From Octopus bimaculoides (Eukaryota): a stretch of DNA of 64,000 nucleotides. The notes under the pieces were generated by a model, which was not told the origin of the DNA, did no database searches, and was given only the letters and a program-made list of their open reading frames with translations. The stretch spans positions 65,394,313 to 65,458,312 of the forward strand of contig NC_068989.1 of NCBI RefSeq assembly GCF_001194135.2, in the 5' to 3' direction. Below, in pieces: positions 40,393 through 53,967 of this stretch (positions are counted from its first letter, which is position 1; each line of letters starts with the position of its first letter). The position numbers were made by a program, and so were the translations under genes.

Positions 40393-40969
40393 CCTTTTCC
40401 TTCCACCTCTCTCTCCCTCTGTCTCTCTTTGTCCTTCTCTTCGTGCATAACAGAAAAGAATGATGCCGCTTTCATTTGCGCTTCATGCCCGAATGCGGAT
40501 TCAAGAAATTTGTATAAATGTTTCATTTCTATCCACATCTACGACTCAAAGTTCTGATTTGTTTTGTCTAGGACCCAAGAATAAAAAAAAGTATCTAAAC
40601 ACCAAATTTACCCGAACGTCAAGTTTTCTTTTTCTACAGAGCCAACGTTGTTCAAAGCAAAATCAGGAGTCGATTTCGCCGGATACTAGGGTCGGCGGAG
40701 CTAACTCAGAACGCAAAGGTTCAGACCAAATCCTCCAAGTCATCTTGTAGAACATTCTATTAATTTTACGAATGCTGTGCTATTGGCATGGCACGTTGTT
40801 TTATCGATCCCTGGATTGAGAAACATAAAATTGAGCGAAGGTGGATTTGATTGAAGAAAGAAAAGGATTGGCACGGCAATGCATTATGTACGACGCTCTA
40901 CAGATTCTGCTAACCCACCAGTGAAATACCAACTCTCAGGCCAGGTCAAGTTTTGACAATCTTAAAAAC

Positions 40970-41196
40970 CGATACAACCATCACCATCATCGTCGTCGAC
41001 GACGACGATGACGACGACGACATGATATTGATCATTATTGTCCTCGTAACCATCGTCTTCATCGTCGTTGTCCGCCTCCGCCTCCTCTTCTTCATCATCA
41101 TCACCACTACCTCTAGTATCACCATAATCACCAACATTACCACCATCTTCTCTTCCTCTTCCTACAACTCCTGCTCTTGCTCCTGCTGCTCTACTT

Positions 41197-41227
<31 letters not shown>

Positions 41228-41335
41228 CCATCACCATCACCATCACCATTATCATCATCATCATCATCGTCGTCATCGTTATCATCATCGTCATCGTCAT
41301 CATCATCATCATCATCGTCATCATCTTCATCATCG

Positions 41336-41380
<45 letters not shown>

Positions 41381-41430
41381 ACATGAGCACCGTCACTACC
41401 GTCATCATGATGATGATCATCATTATCACT
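40970..41430. repeat. (CAT)n / (CGT)n trinucleotide-rich tract
   Basis: Long imperfect CAT runs that produce the poly-H, poly-M and poly-S ORFs. Confidence 0.95.
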
Positions 41431-42940
41431 TAAAAGCCTCTAATGCATTAGAAGATAGACGATCAGCGTAAATATCTTTTACCCAACAAATTTTATTACT
41501 AAATGATTCCTAGTTCTCAGTTACGATCAGATCAGTTTAGATATTGATCACTTCTAAATAGCGTTTTTTTTTGTCGTCGCAGTTGGTTTTGTTGTTGTTT
41601 TTTGTTTTTTTAAATATTCTTGTTGGTGTTAATCCCAGGTCAGCACCGGTCAAGAATACCTTGGAAAAAGGATTCAAGTCACGTGCATCGCATCTTCGTT
41701 TCGACATCCACGACTTCATTATCCAAAGCTACATACGAAGTTAAGTAATTCATGCCAAAAAATTAGTCCTGATTCACGTCTTCAGATATTTGGTTTCAAT
41801 GACTATTTAATATATGAAGTAAACCTGGATTGCGGGATGAAACTCTTCGTTTCGCGAGGGTGTCAACAATAAGGTGAATAGAGAAAATGTAAGTATTTTT
41901 TCATTCTGTTAACTCCCTAGTATATTATACGTTAGACAAGCTACAAAGCAATGAATCAAAGGAAAGGTAAACCCCCGCCTCCTATGGTTGGAAACATCTT
42001 TCTCTCAGCGATACCTCAGATAGTAATACGTAATATGATCCGTCTTGCGCCATCTGTCACATTAGTAGACAAACCCAAACGGAATACACTTAAAGGCGGT
42101 TAAGATGATAACAATGACAAAATAGATGAATAGAGATTCCGGTACACTAAGCTCCAACACACATCACAATCTCATTCTCTCTCTCTCACTTTCTCTCTCC
42201 CTCGTTTCCTCTCTTTATATATATATATATATACTTACTGACACGCACATCCATATATTTACACACACAAATACAATAGATATGCATACGCAAGTATGCA
42301 TCCGTATATACAAATGCATGCACACACATATATATATTTACATATACATATGCATACACACACATGTATATATATATATATATATATATNNNNNNNNNNN
42401 NNNNNNNNNNNNNNNNNNNNNNNNNNNNNNNNNNNNNNNNNNNNNNNNNNNNNNNNNNNNNNNNNNNNNNNNNNNNNNNNNNNNNNNNNNNNNNNNNNNN
42501 NNNNNNNNNNNNNNNNNNNNNNNNNNNNNNNNNNNNNNNNNNNNNNNNNNNNNNNNNNNNNNNNNNNNNNNNNNNNNNNNNNNNNNNNNNNNNNNNNNNN
42601 NNNNNNNNNNNNNNNNNNNNNNNNNNNNNNNNNNNNNNNNNNNNNNNNNNNNNNNNNNNNNNNNNNNNNNNNNNNNNNNNNNNNNNNNNNNNNNNNNNNN
42701 NNNNNNNNNNNNNNNNNNNNNNNNNNNNNNNNNNNNNNNNNNNNNNNNNNNNNNNNNNNNNNNNNNNNNNNNNNNNNNNNNNNNNNNNNNNNNNNNNNNN
42801 NNNNNNNNNNNNNNNNNNNNNNNNNNNNNNNNNNNNNNNNNNNNNNNNNNNNNNNNNNNNNNNNNNNNNNNNNNNNNNNNNNNNNNNNNNNNNNNNNNNN
42901 NNNNNNNNNNNNNNNNNNNNNNNNNNNNNNNNNNNNNNNN

Positions 42941-42972
<32 letters not shown>

Positions 42973-43479
42973 ACTGGTTAAGCGTATTTACAAACGTTTT
43001 ACAATGATGACAGTATCAATAAAAAAAAGAAACGCTAATTCAACAATTCAACGGTTAATAGCTACATATGAGACAGTCCGTTCATAGGAATAATAAAAAA
43101 AATACACTCCGAATTGGAAGATTAAGTGTCAGTTTCTTAGTAAACAATAAAAATATACCTTGCATATCCTGATAGACAGGCACATATATACCATTGCACC
43201 AAGTTTACAGCTGGGAAACATGTATGGCCGATACCATTATTAATTAGTTACTATATATTTCGTGAAGCGAATAAATAGTTAAAGAAAGAAACTTTAAACA
43301 ACCGCCCAAATTAAGCCTAATATCAGCACTAAGAAAGACAGAAAAGCAAATTCGTTAAGAGGCATTAGATAGAAATGTTCTCTATAAAATGCGGACATCT
43401 AATAATACTCTCATCAAATCTATTTATGATGATATCCCTGCTGTTCATTTTAGCAAGCGCCTCAGTACGGAACAATGAG

Positions 43480-44290
43480 CAATAGCCGCCAAATCTCATA
43501 TATGGCATGGACTTACTTGTTGTTTAGATACTGACGAGTGGTTACTTTTAATCTCTGTCCTAAAATTATGCAAATGACTGTATAATCTAACCTTATTGTC
43601 TGGAGACGCTTTGCTGTAATTATATCTAGTTCAGGACGTAGGACCAAACACATTGTATTATCGATAAGATACTTATTTTCCATGGGACATTCAACCGATC
43701 TCCTACAATTACACATGCGAAAGTCTCTCGCTGAAGCACTGTTGCTAAGATTAGTTGAATAGTGTTGTTGTCCATATGCCTGGATGTGTTTTTAGTATTT
43801 AAATTAGAGCAATCGTCACTTGTTTAACCATTGGATTGTTGTCACACACACTATGCTTATCCGTTAGTAAATTTGAGTTACTACATAAGAATGCTGTAAC
43901 TCCTTCATTTTTGCAATCAGCAATAGTGTTCATAATGTAGATATTGTTTCTACTATTCCCATATCTCCAACAATTTCCTCATTAGCAAATTAGTGATCAA
44001 ATCAATAAAGGTTGATTAGGTGTGATAATTGAATGCGAATATTTAGGAACTTTATTATCTACATTGTTACTTGTACTCTCCAAGTCTAAATTCACGGTGC
44101 TTGAATTAGGATTACAATTAGAAATATTGTGCTACCCTATATCATTCGTAAATAAATTACCCAATTTTCTCTTGTTAATAGCAGCTGTGTGATTAGCAGC
44201 ATTTGGAGTTGTAAGATACAAAATTTTAATTGTGTACTTGTTAAATATCTTCCTATGTCTGTTTCATGTAAGGAAGTTTCTATCTAGGGA
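43480..44290 (-). mobile_element. Penelope-like element fragment (RT C-terminal linker and GIY-YIG-proximal region)
   Basis: Minus strand gives HRHRKIFNKYTIKILYLTTPN (KIFN 44240-44251), CNCRRSVECPMENK and RLYSHLHNFR..NHSSVSK. These resemble the PLE motifs KIFN..TIKISYSCMPN, CNCR..CP and RY.NHK.SFR..NST.LSK. Confidence 0.65.
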
Positions 44291-45220
44291 CGTAAAAATA
44301 TGTTAGGTAATCTAGTCTTTACGTTCACAGAGTAGGAGGTATTTTATTTATCTTAATCTGAAATAATTGCTTTATGTATTGTCTGACAGATAATATACTA
44401 GAGAGTTGACACGATGAGAAATTATACACATTTTGTCACTTTTTCTTGAGGATGACACGCTTAAGAGGTAAAATTCATCTCTCACAGCAGGTTCATTCCA
44501 TACAGTGTCATAAGATGTGAATGAACGCATTTATTACATGAATTGTATAACTTCGTACGTAATATGAAATAAATGACGTCATTTTCCGAAAGTGCGTAAC
44601 ATTCAATTAGCTTCTGTTTTCCTGAATTTAAATAATTACACCATACACACACAGAGACATACACACACAGAGACATACACACACACATACGCGGTTTTTT
44701 AATTGAGGAAAAGCGGTCGATGCGTTCGACTAAAAATCTTCGAGGTGGCACCCCAGCAAATTATATACATAAATAAACATATATACCTCTATGTGTGCAT
44801 ATGTGTGTATATACAGAAATAGATAGAGAGATACACAAAGAAACAGACAGATACACTGAAAAACAGGCAGATAGACAGACACACAGATAGATAGATAAAC
44901 AGACAGACAGACAGAATGATAGGTAGATAGATAGATAAACAAACAGATATACGTAGTATATCAAATATATAGACTTATATATACGAATTTATCTTCATAA
45001 ACTTAAAAACATTAATGTAATAATTTGTGTATTAAGCCAATTTCTACAAAATTTTGTCGTGATGATCACGGATTCATTGGGATTTTAAAATCCTTTCCTT
45101 TTCATATTGCAGTTCCACGGAGTGGTGTATCATTTATAAATAATCGGAAACGCTGATTTCGTCCATCAGCTTGGCAATCGTTTTCAGTAGTTCTATTTAT
45201 TTGAATATGTTAACATATAT

Positions 45221-45660
45221 AGACGCAGGAGTGGCTGTGTATTAAGTAGCTTGCTTACCAACCACATGGTTCCGGGTTCAGTGTCACTGCGTGGCACCTT
45301 GGGCAAGTGTCTTCTACTATATAGCCTCGGGCTGACCAAAGCCTTGTGAGTGGATTTGATAGACGGAAACTGAAAGAAGCCCGTATATATATATGCGTGT
45401 TTGTGTGTCTGTATTTGTTCCCCCTACATCGCTTGACAACCGATGCTGGTGTGTTTACGTCCCCGTCAACTAGCGGTTCGGCAAAACAGACCGATAGAAT
45501 AAGTACTAGGCTTACAAAGAATAAGTCCTGTNNNNNNNNNNCAGACCGATAGAATAAGTACTAGGCTTACAAAGAATAAGTCCTGTGGTCTATTTGCTCG
45601 ACTAAAGGCGGTGCTTCAGCATGGCCGCAGTCAAAAGACTGAAACAGGTAAAAGAGTAAA
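45221..45660 (+). mobile_element. Octopus-type tRNA-derived SINE, family 2 (internal microsatellite), full length
   Basis: Head gacgcaggagtggctgtg...ggttccgggttcag, internal TA/TG tract, tail gactgaaacaggtaaaagagtaaa. A short duplication across the 10-N gap is probably a scaffolding artefact. Confidence 0.85.
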
Positions 45661-46177
45661 TGAGTAAACAAAATATTTTTTGTCTTCAAATACAGTCGAG
45701 ATGTGAGAACTGGGAATGACAATACATAAGTATGAACCATTGCTTTCCTGAGTTCGATCTCACACACTTCAGTATTGATAAAAAAAGAGAGAAAAATACT
45801 CCGTTTCGCTATTTTATTTGGCTGAATGCTTGGCATAATATTTTGGCTCTCATTATCTTGACTTACAATTGGAATATTTCCCAGACAATTCTTTGAAAAA
45901 AATCTATCTGTGATTAAAGGAACAATAAAGTAAGAGAGATGGAAAGACAAGTCTTTAAATTGCTTCACGCTGTAGAAACTAAAATAATCGCATTATATAT
46001 ATTACCCCNNNNNNNNNNNNNNNNNNNNNNNNNNNNNNNNNNNNNNNNNNNNNNNNNNNNNNNNNNNNNNNNNNNNNNNNNNNNNNNNNNNNNNNNNNNN
46101 NNNNNNNNNNNNNNNNNNNNNNNNNNNNNNNNNNNNNNNNNNNNNNNNNNNNNNNNNNNNNNNNNNNNNNNNNNNNN

Positions 46178-46210
<33 letters not shown>

Positions 46211-49200
46211 ATATTTATTTATTTATACATATAGATATGTACATGTACACATACTTATACATATATATATACATATGTATGAATATGTATGTCTGTATGT
46301 ATGTGTGTATGTTTGGAGATATGTATAATTAAATGAATCACAAAATAATTCCTTTTGCGTAAATATTTAATCGCTGCAGAGTTCTTGAAACAACGATGAC
46401 AATTTTCCATATAATATAATGAAGCTCAGAAAAAAAAAAGTAATTTTTTTTAAAAAAGTAGAAAAATATTATAGATTTATTTAGTTTGCTAGTTATGATT
46501 ATAGCCTCTACTTCGTCTATCGTATGAACAGATTTACTTCATTCTTTCTTTATTCAACTTATTCTACAATGACAGATTGTAAATAACGAATATTATTTTC
46601 TTTTCACGTTCATTGCTCCGAATAATAGAAAGCATTCGCTGTAAATCTCAAGTGGTATTCGCATTTCTGTTTTCATGTTTCCTTTTATAACAATAAAAAG
46701 AATTGTTGATGTTCTGCCAAGCTGAAAACGTTATCCTCAGAGATTTTGGATTAGCACTAGCATCTTTTGTGGCAATGAACTGAAATCTCAACGTTGGTAT
46801 AACAATCCATTGTTTATTCTTACAAGGGATTTCTTTCTACATCATTTATTATATTCGATGATAAAATAAGTAGCTATACATGCAGTTGGACATGTTTGGA
46901 GTTTATCGATGTAAGTAGTCATTTATTATTTATTAGAGTAAGCTTTGGTACATTAATACGTCCTAAAATTATTTTATGCTCTCTTCTTTTATTCTTGTAT
47001 CTGTTTCAGGCACGTCTGAAGCCTTGAAGTTTTCCGTTGACAAATCGATCCCAGTCAGCTATTTTGTCGCACAGCTATGTTATGGGGGCTTAAACAAAAC
47101 AAAGCCAGTTGTCAATAAGTGTTGAGACATGTGGGTGGGTGGGTGTGCGCGCGTGTATATATGTACGTACGTATGTATGTATGTATATTGTACTGTTTGT
47201 GTCGTTGTGGAATCATCAAACAATTTTCAATGCATTCAGAGATAAGAAAGATATAACGAAAACTAAAGTCTTATGCAAGACACTCAGAATTTTTTCTCGC
47301 ATTCCTCACAGAGTAGGCTCACCAACTAAAATACCTTGTGTTTAACTCCTGTATGTATTAAATGATACGTCTCTGTCTCTCTCCCTCTCCCCCTCTCTCT
47401 CTCTCTCTGGAAGACACGCAAGCTACCTGAGCAACGGGACCCAAGTCGAAAGAACATGGCTGCGAAGGAAAATTTTCAACAGCACTGTTGAATTGAATTC
47501 GCTGAGAAGTTTATCGGGAAATGAATAAACATCATTAGTTTATTTGTGAGTAATATATTGGCTATATTCGTTAGTAGGCTTTGTTCTTGTTTAACCATAG
47601 GTCGGATTCGACGAGTAGGTGTATGACGAAAAGCATTCATTCAAAGGCTATCTCGTTGAATATTTGAATAATTAGATACTCCTGACTTTATGAAGCTAAG
47701 TGGTCTTCTCCGAGACATTATTGTGGGGATTTAGACATTAATTTTTCTCAGGTTGATCGATAACACATTTATTCACAAACATCATAATAGTTATACACCT
47801 AAATATACATGCATGTAAAAAGTAGACACAACGTTGCTGACACATGCTCTGCTAGAAATAGCACCCCACCACCTACAAATAAAGCTCAAACGTTCAAAAA
47901 ACACAAAAAGTAAATATTGGATAATGCAACACTATATATGTTATACCTGTAAAAAAAAAGGCAGGATAGTCACGGTTATTTTGTTATAGCTTTGCTGAGT
48001 TAATGCTGCTCTGGAGTTTAAGAAGAACAATACAATAAATAAATGTCGTTAAATGTTAGATTCACAGTCACGCTTACTCTCTCACACGCACACACACACA
48101 CATACATATATATAGAGAGAAATACTCCCTATATACACATGTTTATATATACACTCATACCTATATTAATGCACATACATACACAGCCACACACGCATGT
48201 ACCACTCACTCATAGAAATACATCATTTCCATAACATCATTTCCCTGCAATTTCCATAGCAGTAGCCACCGAAGAGATGCCGCGCTCTCAGTACTAACTG
48301 CTTTTATCCTTCACAGAACCAGTCGTTTTACTCACAATAACATTCCATCTTAAAAGATGTTCACTAATTTATAAAATACAAGTCAATTACAAAGTTCATC
48401 CAACGCTATAAGACCTGGATTTTATTTTATACGAACAAAGTACGAGTAGATTTATAGAATACCGCTGTGCTTACCCCGTATATGTTATTTAATTTTATCT
48501 TAACTAAGGAATGGTTCAGTTTTGTTGTTAAGGTGTTTCCTGAGTAACCAACAAGTTCTGAATTTTGTCATAATGTGCTACTGAAAATTTGAAAATGCAG
48601 TCGAAGTTGAAGGCAGTTTAGGAGCTATTTTCAAACTATGCTGGATGAATAAAAGGATGGTTGCAAAGCCCGAACCCAACGTGTCTATCGTTCTATACTT
48701 AAGAATATTGCCTCATATTAACTCAATTTAGAAATTCTTTCAAAATTTCATCAGTAATTTCATAATTTTAAAATCAATTTTGTGAGTAATAAGTGTTTAT
48801 ATTTGATGTTGTTACGCCTTATTTAAAATCATGTTATTGATTAATAATTTTCCATCGATGGATACGTTAATCAACCAATTGGCTGTCGATGAATTTGCTA
48901 ATCAAGGAACTGCTGGTCAATAATTCGCTGTCGTTCAATCTTCCTACAACAGTGAGTCTTCTATATTTTCAAGACTGAACTATTTCACTGTTCGTTTTAT
49001 TTAATTTTCTTCTTTCATTCCTTTTATCGTTTCAGTCATTTCATTTACTAGGGCCATGCTGGGACACCAACATCAGACCATTTTAGTTCATCATTATTGA
49101 TTCCAGCAAGTATTTCAGCCTGGTACGTATTTTAATGATCACAGTGTATGGAATCACTAAGTTAGTCTTCACGGAAATCGATGCACCATTTTATACCAAT

Positions 49201-49341
49201 GCGCATAAAGATAAATAAGTAGAAGCGCTCACACACATACACTCATAAACACATATACATACACACAAGTATTAATGTGTCTGTATTTGCGCATATTAGT
49301 ATAAAAAAAAAAGTACAGATGTGCCTGAGAGATAACTAAGT

Positions 49342-49373
<32 letters not shown>

Positions 49374-49691
49374 TGTATGTATGTATGTATGCATGTATGT
49401 ATTACGTATGTACGTACGTACGTACCTACGTATGTATGTATGTATGTATGTATGTATGTGCGCATGTATGTATTTATGTATGTACATGGGTGCGTGCATT
49501 ATGTACGTATACAAAGATACCTAGTGAAGGTAGGTGGTCTTTCGGCTAGAGTGTTGGGCTCATAGACGTAAAGTCGAATTGTGTCCTTACGGACATACAG
49601 CACTTACCGTACCAATGCAGTGGCATTAAAATTACAGCTTGGTACGAAGTCCAAGTCAACATTGACTTGCAAGTAATAATAATAATAATTT

Positions 49692-49770
<79 letters not shown>

Positions 49771-49849
49771 CAAACTTGCTGCGGAGCATCACTTAGAGAG
49801 GCTCCGTAATAAGGCTGGGTGTTAAAACACTTGAAAGTCATAAACCATG

Positions 49850-50040
49850 CAAGAGAACTCACCTCCGATCGTATCCAAGATATTGATATTTCGCTGTTAT
49901 TCTGGCTTATAAATACCACACACTTTGGTCGAACCGAAAACGAACTGAATTCCCGGTCTATGACGATATACGAACAGTGCAAACATTATGAAAACTATTT
50001 GATGGTGTGCCACGCCGATGGACATCAGAAAGAAAATTAA
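49850..50040 (+). mobile_element. Tc1/mariner transposase C-terminal remnant
   Basis: IDISLLFWLINTTH...IYEQCKHYENYLMVCHADGHQKEN* resembles LDY.IW..L..TN.T.H...C..F..RL....A.GGH.EN*. Confidence 0.35.
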
Positions 50041-50429
50041 AACACGAAGTGTCTGTATGAGTGTCTGTGTGGTAAGTTGCCTACTTCCAAACTGCATAGT
50101 TCTGGGTTCGGCTCCATGTGTGGCAGTTTGGGCAAAGCTTTGTGAGTGGATTTATTAGACACAAACTGAAAGAGATCCGTCGTATACATACATCATCAGT
50201 GGTCCTTTGCTTTCTTCATTCTTTATTGTGTATCTTTCCTTACTAATCTAATGATCAGCCACAAAAAAGAAAGAAGAAAGCAAAGGACCACTGATGAGGT
50301 CACAAACGTGTGAGAAAAGAACTCTGGCCGAAATGCGATTAATATAAAATAAAGCTGAAGCAAGTGAACTCCAAATATATAGTGCGTGTATTTTTATTGG
50401 CTAAACTAGCAACATGACCGTCCCTAAAT

Positions 50430-50460
<31 letters not shown>

Positions 50461-53316
50461 AACCAACAGAAACACAGAAAGATGATGATGATGATAATGA
50501 GAAGGATGATGATGATGATAATGATGGAAAATATATACCTAAAGTCAGCTCTAACTTGAACAAGGAAGTCAAGGATCAAATTAATTCAAGTTGCAATTAT
50601 CCTATCATATACGGCAAATCTCTCAGGAAAATTTATGGTATATTACCGTCTCAAATGCCTCCTATTTTTAGATTTTAAAATGTCTTGGCTGCTATTTTTA
50701 GCAGACTGTGTGACCACATAGAAGCCCTTACACCCCTGTCGTTTCTTCAAAACCTGACACTCCTTCAGTAGTATCTAAGAGATGATATTCTCGTTATTGT
50801 TGTTAGTTTAAAGGTTTGACGGCTAATTTTAGCCCGTTGTGTAACAATATAGAAGACACCCTCGTCAGTTCTTACATTAACGTGTAGCTCTTCCAGGAGT
50901 ATCAAAAATATATTATTTAATGTGTTCTATTTTAAGTATGAAATTTAAAGATGATTTGGCTGTTATTTTCTCCGCTTATGGGACCACATACAACACTCCT
51001 GACTTAGCTTTCATGTCAATCTGAAACTGTAAAAACTTCTTAATATGGTGTATATTAATGCTCTGTACTTTTTAAACAAAACTATTTCCATGTTCCGTTC
51101 ACTTAGGACTGTTAATATTATTTTGTAGAGAACTGTAAAAATATTCCATATAATTCATTTATAGAAATATGCTTCGAGGTAATCGAATAACAATATTTTT
51201 TTCAGTGAACTGTGCCTAGTGGGGTTAATATAACAACATATCCTCGGCATAAAGTTATTTCGAGAATATTATTTTATAGACAAGGCAGCTTTAACCGATA
51301 TTTGTCATATGTGTTGTGTATTCAGAGATGGCGCTACTGTTTCAATCTATTTGTATATTTGGTAGCTATCCGCCCTGTTTGAAATAAATGGAGATTGCTT
51401 TAGAAGTAAGTGGAATTTTAACGATCTAGTTTATAATCTACTTTGTATACTTTGCTTCGGTGATAACATCATTTTCGTATCTACAGATTAAGCATGCAGG
51501 GATTTATTCATTGATTGATTTCCTGTAGGTTTCTAGACGATATCTAAAGTCCGGTAGATAGGAAGTAATATTGTATATTAGGGCGAACTTTTGAACAATT
51601 GCTTTACAAATCATATAATGCATTCAATCCTTTTTTTATTTATTCATTTTTATCGTTTTATACTTTAATCATTTATCTATTGTATTTCTTGTGAATCTCA
51701 AATATTGGTGTGATACACAACAGATGTTTGCAATGATTTTTATTAGTTTGTAACCACAATTTCCTTTTGAACTAGACTCATCCAATTTCGTTATCCATAT
51801 AGAAATATTAGTAGTTAATATATCGCTTTGTATAGTGTTGATATTTTAGATTTCCTTATCTTCGACAAATACAGAGACGATATAACTGCTGTGTGTGTAC
51901 ACAGAAACAAACCGCTGGCTAAATCGGATAAACTGTTCCTATGTTACTGTGTATTTATGATAAGAAATCTTATGTATTAATCCTAATGTACTTACAGCAT
52001 CTGTCTTCTAAAACAACAGATTAGGATAATCCGTTGAAATACAGATTTGCCGCTTGATTTACAAATGTTCTTTGATCAAACATCAAGGAATATTATATCG
52101 CAATGAGTTCCTTTTGGGATTGTTATAAGGAGTGATTTGTAATTCAGATGTTTGCAACATAGATTTTTTGGTTATTGATGAAAGAAAATACGAATTTTAT
52201 TATTGTTCCTTGTTTTCAAAGCTCAGCTAGACATCAGTCGCACTAGACATTTTTTTGGTAACTTAAATCATAAAGAATTTACTGATAAGTGAAATTAATA
52301 ATGTATTGAATATTTGTTTATTTGTATGATCTTTTTTTTTTTGTTATTTTCTCAATATAGATTCGGAAATTATTTTCCACAATTTTGTAATGCCATGTTT
52401 ATAGTATCCATAAATGGAAAACAAAAACACCATGCACGTTTATAATCTTCAATCGTTATTACTTTTCTCCTTTGTTGCATCTCTTCAAACAGACCAGTGT
52501 TATTTATGAAACGTTGTTCAACAGTAAAAAAAATTCTTTTTCCCGAGTCCCTTCATTATTCAATATATTGTTGACTTCCCAAAGATATTCCTGGAATTGA
52601 TTCAAAGTTGGATGATAGAAGTATGCATTTATTACCATATATATGCATATATATATATACACTTGGATACTTTAATATCGCTGTGTCATCATTAGAATAC
52701 CGTGTGATGTAAACCGGCATTTTTTTAAAGTTAATACACTTTTTATCGCATATAACATAGNNNNNNNNNNNNNNNNNNNNNNNNNNNNNNNNNNNNNNNN
52801 NNNNNNNNNNNNNNNNNNNNNNNNNNNNNNNNNNNNNNNNNNNNNNNNNNNNNNNNNNNNNNNNNNNNNNNNNNNNNNNNNNNNNNNNNNNNNNNNNNNN
52901 NNNNNNNNNNNNNNNNNNNNNNNNNNNNNNNNNNNNNNNNNNNNNNNNNNNNNNNNNNNNNNNNNNNNNNNNNNNNNNNNNNNNNNNNNNNNNNNNNNNN
53001 NNNNNNNNNNNNNNNNNNNNNNNNNNNNNNNNNNNNNNNNNNNNNNNNNNNNNNNNNNNNNNNNNNNNNNNNNNNNNNNNNNNNNNNNNNNNNNNNNNNN
53101 NNNNNNNNNNNNNNNNNNNNNNNNNNNNNNNNNNNNNNNNNNNNNNNNNNNNNNNNNNNNNNNNNNNNNNNNNNNNNNNNNNNNNNNNNNNNNNNNNNNN
53201 NNNNNNNNNNNNNNNNNNNNNNNNNNNNNNNNNNNNNNNNNNNNNNNNNNNNNNNNNNNNNNNNNNNNNNNNNNNNNNNNNNNNNNNNNNNNNNNNNNNN
53301 NNNNNNNNNNNNNNNN

Positions 53317-53503
53317 TTTTAGTCATTTGACTGCAGTCATGTTGGAGCACCACCTTTAGTCGAACAAGTCGACCTCAGGATTTATTCCTTGTAAGCCTAG
53401 TTCTTATTCTACCGGCCACATTTGCTGAACCGCTAAGTTACGGGGGTGGAAACACACCAAGATCGGTTGTCAACCGATGGTGAGGGACAAACGCAGACAC
53501 AGA

Positions 53504-53510
<7 letters not shown>
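53317..53510 (-). mobile_element. SINE family 2, 3' half
   Basis: gtcatttgactgcagtcatgttggagcaccacctttagtcgaac... matches the family tail. Confidence 0.8.
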
Positions 53511-53562
<52 letters not shown>

Positions 53563-53785
53563 GACGTTTGATCAATAAATATCCGGACTGTTGCAATAGT
53601 AACGAAACTAAAGCGCGCAGAGTGAAGCTGGAAAGATGGACCTTGAACTCTGCTGTGCATTCTCAGTACGCTTTAACATTCTAGATCACATTCCCTGTTT
53701 GCACAAACACACAGACAGACAGACTGACATGCACAAACGTACACACACACATACACACACACACACACGGATTTTAACTAATGTC

Positions 53786-53967
53786 CATTGTCCGAAAATC
53801 TTTCGTCACACATCTGTGACCTCTTCAGCTACACTTTTCGATTTCGTATGTGGTCTTGCTGCACTTACACCATTCTGTTCTTGAGTAAGTGGAGTAAGAG
53901 CACACACCAACACGAAAAGTGTCGCTGAAGATGTCACAGGTGTGTGACAAAAGATTTCAGGACAATG
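53786..53967. repeat. ~180-bp fold-back element with a hammerhead-like core in each arm
   Basis: cattgtccgaaaatctttcgtcacacatctgtgacctcttcagc pairs with gctgaagatgtcacaggtgtgtgacaaaagatttcaggacaatg. Confidence 0.8.

Noticed and set aside
40946-41471. Poly-His, poly-Met and poly-Ser ORFs
   Set aside because: Translations of a (CAT)n tract with no coding context.
43513-43760. Apparent minus-strand exon with acceptor and gtaagt donor
   Set aside because: The peptide is explained by the Penelope-like element.
45486-45586. 45-bp direct duplication inside a SINE
   Set aside because: It straddles a 10-N scaffold gap and is most likely overlapping contig ends.
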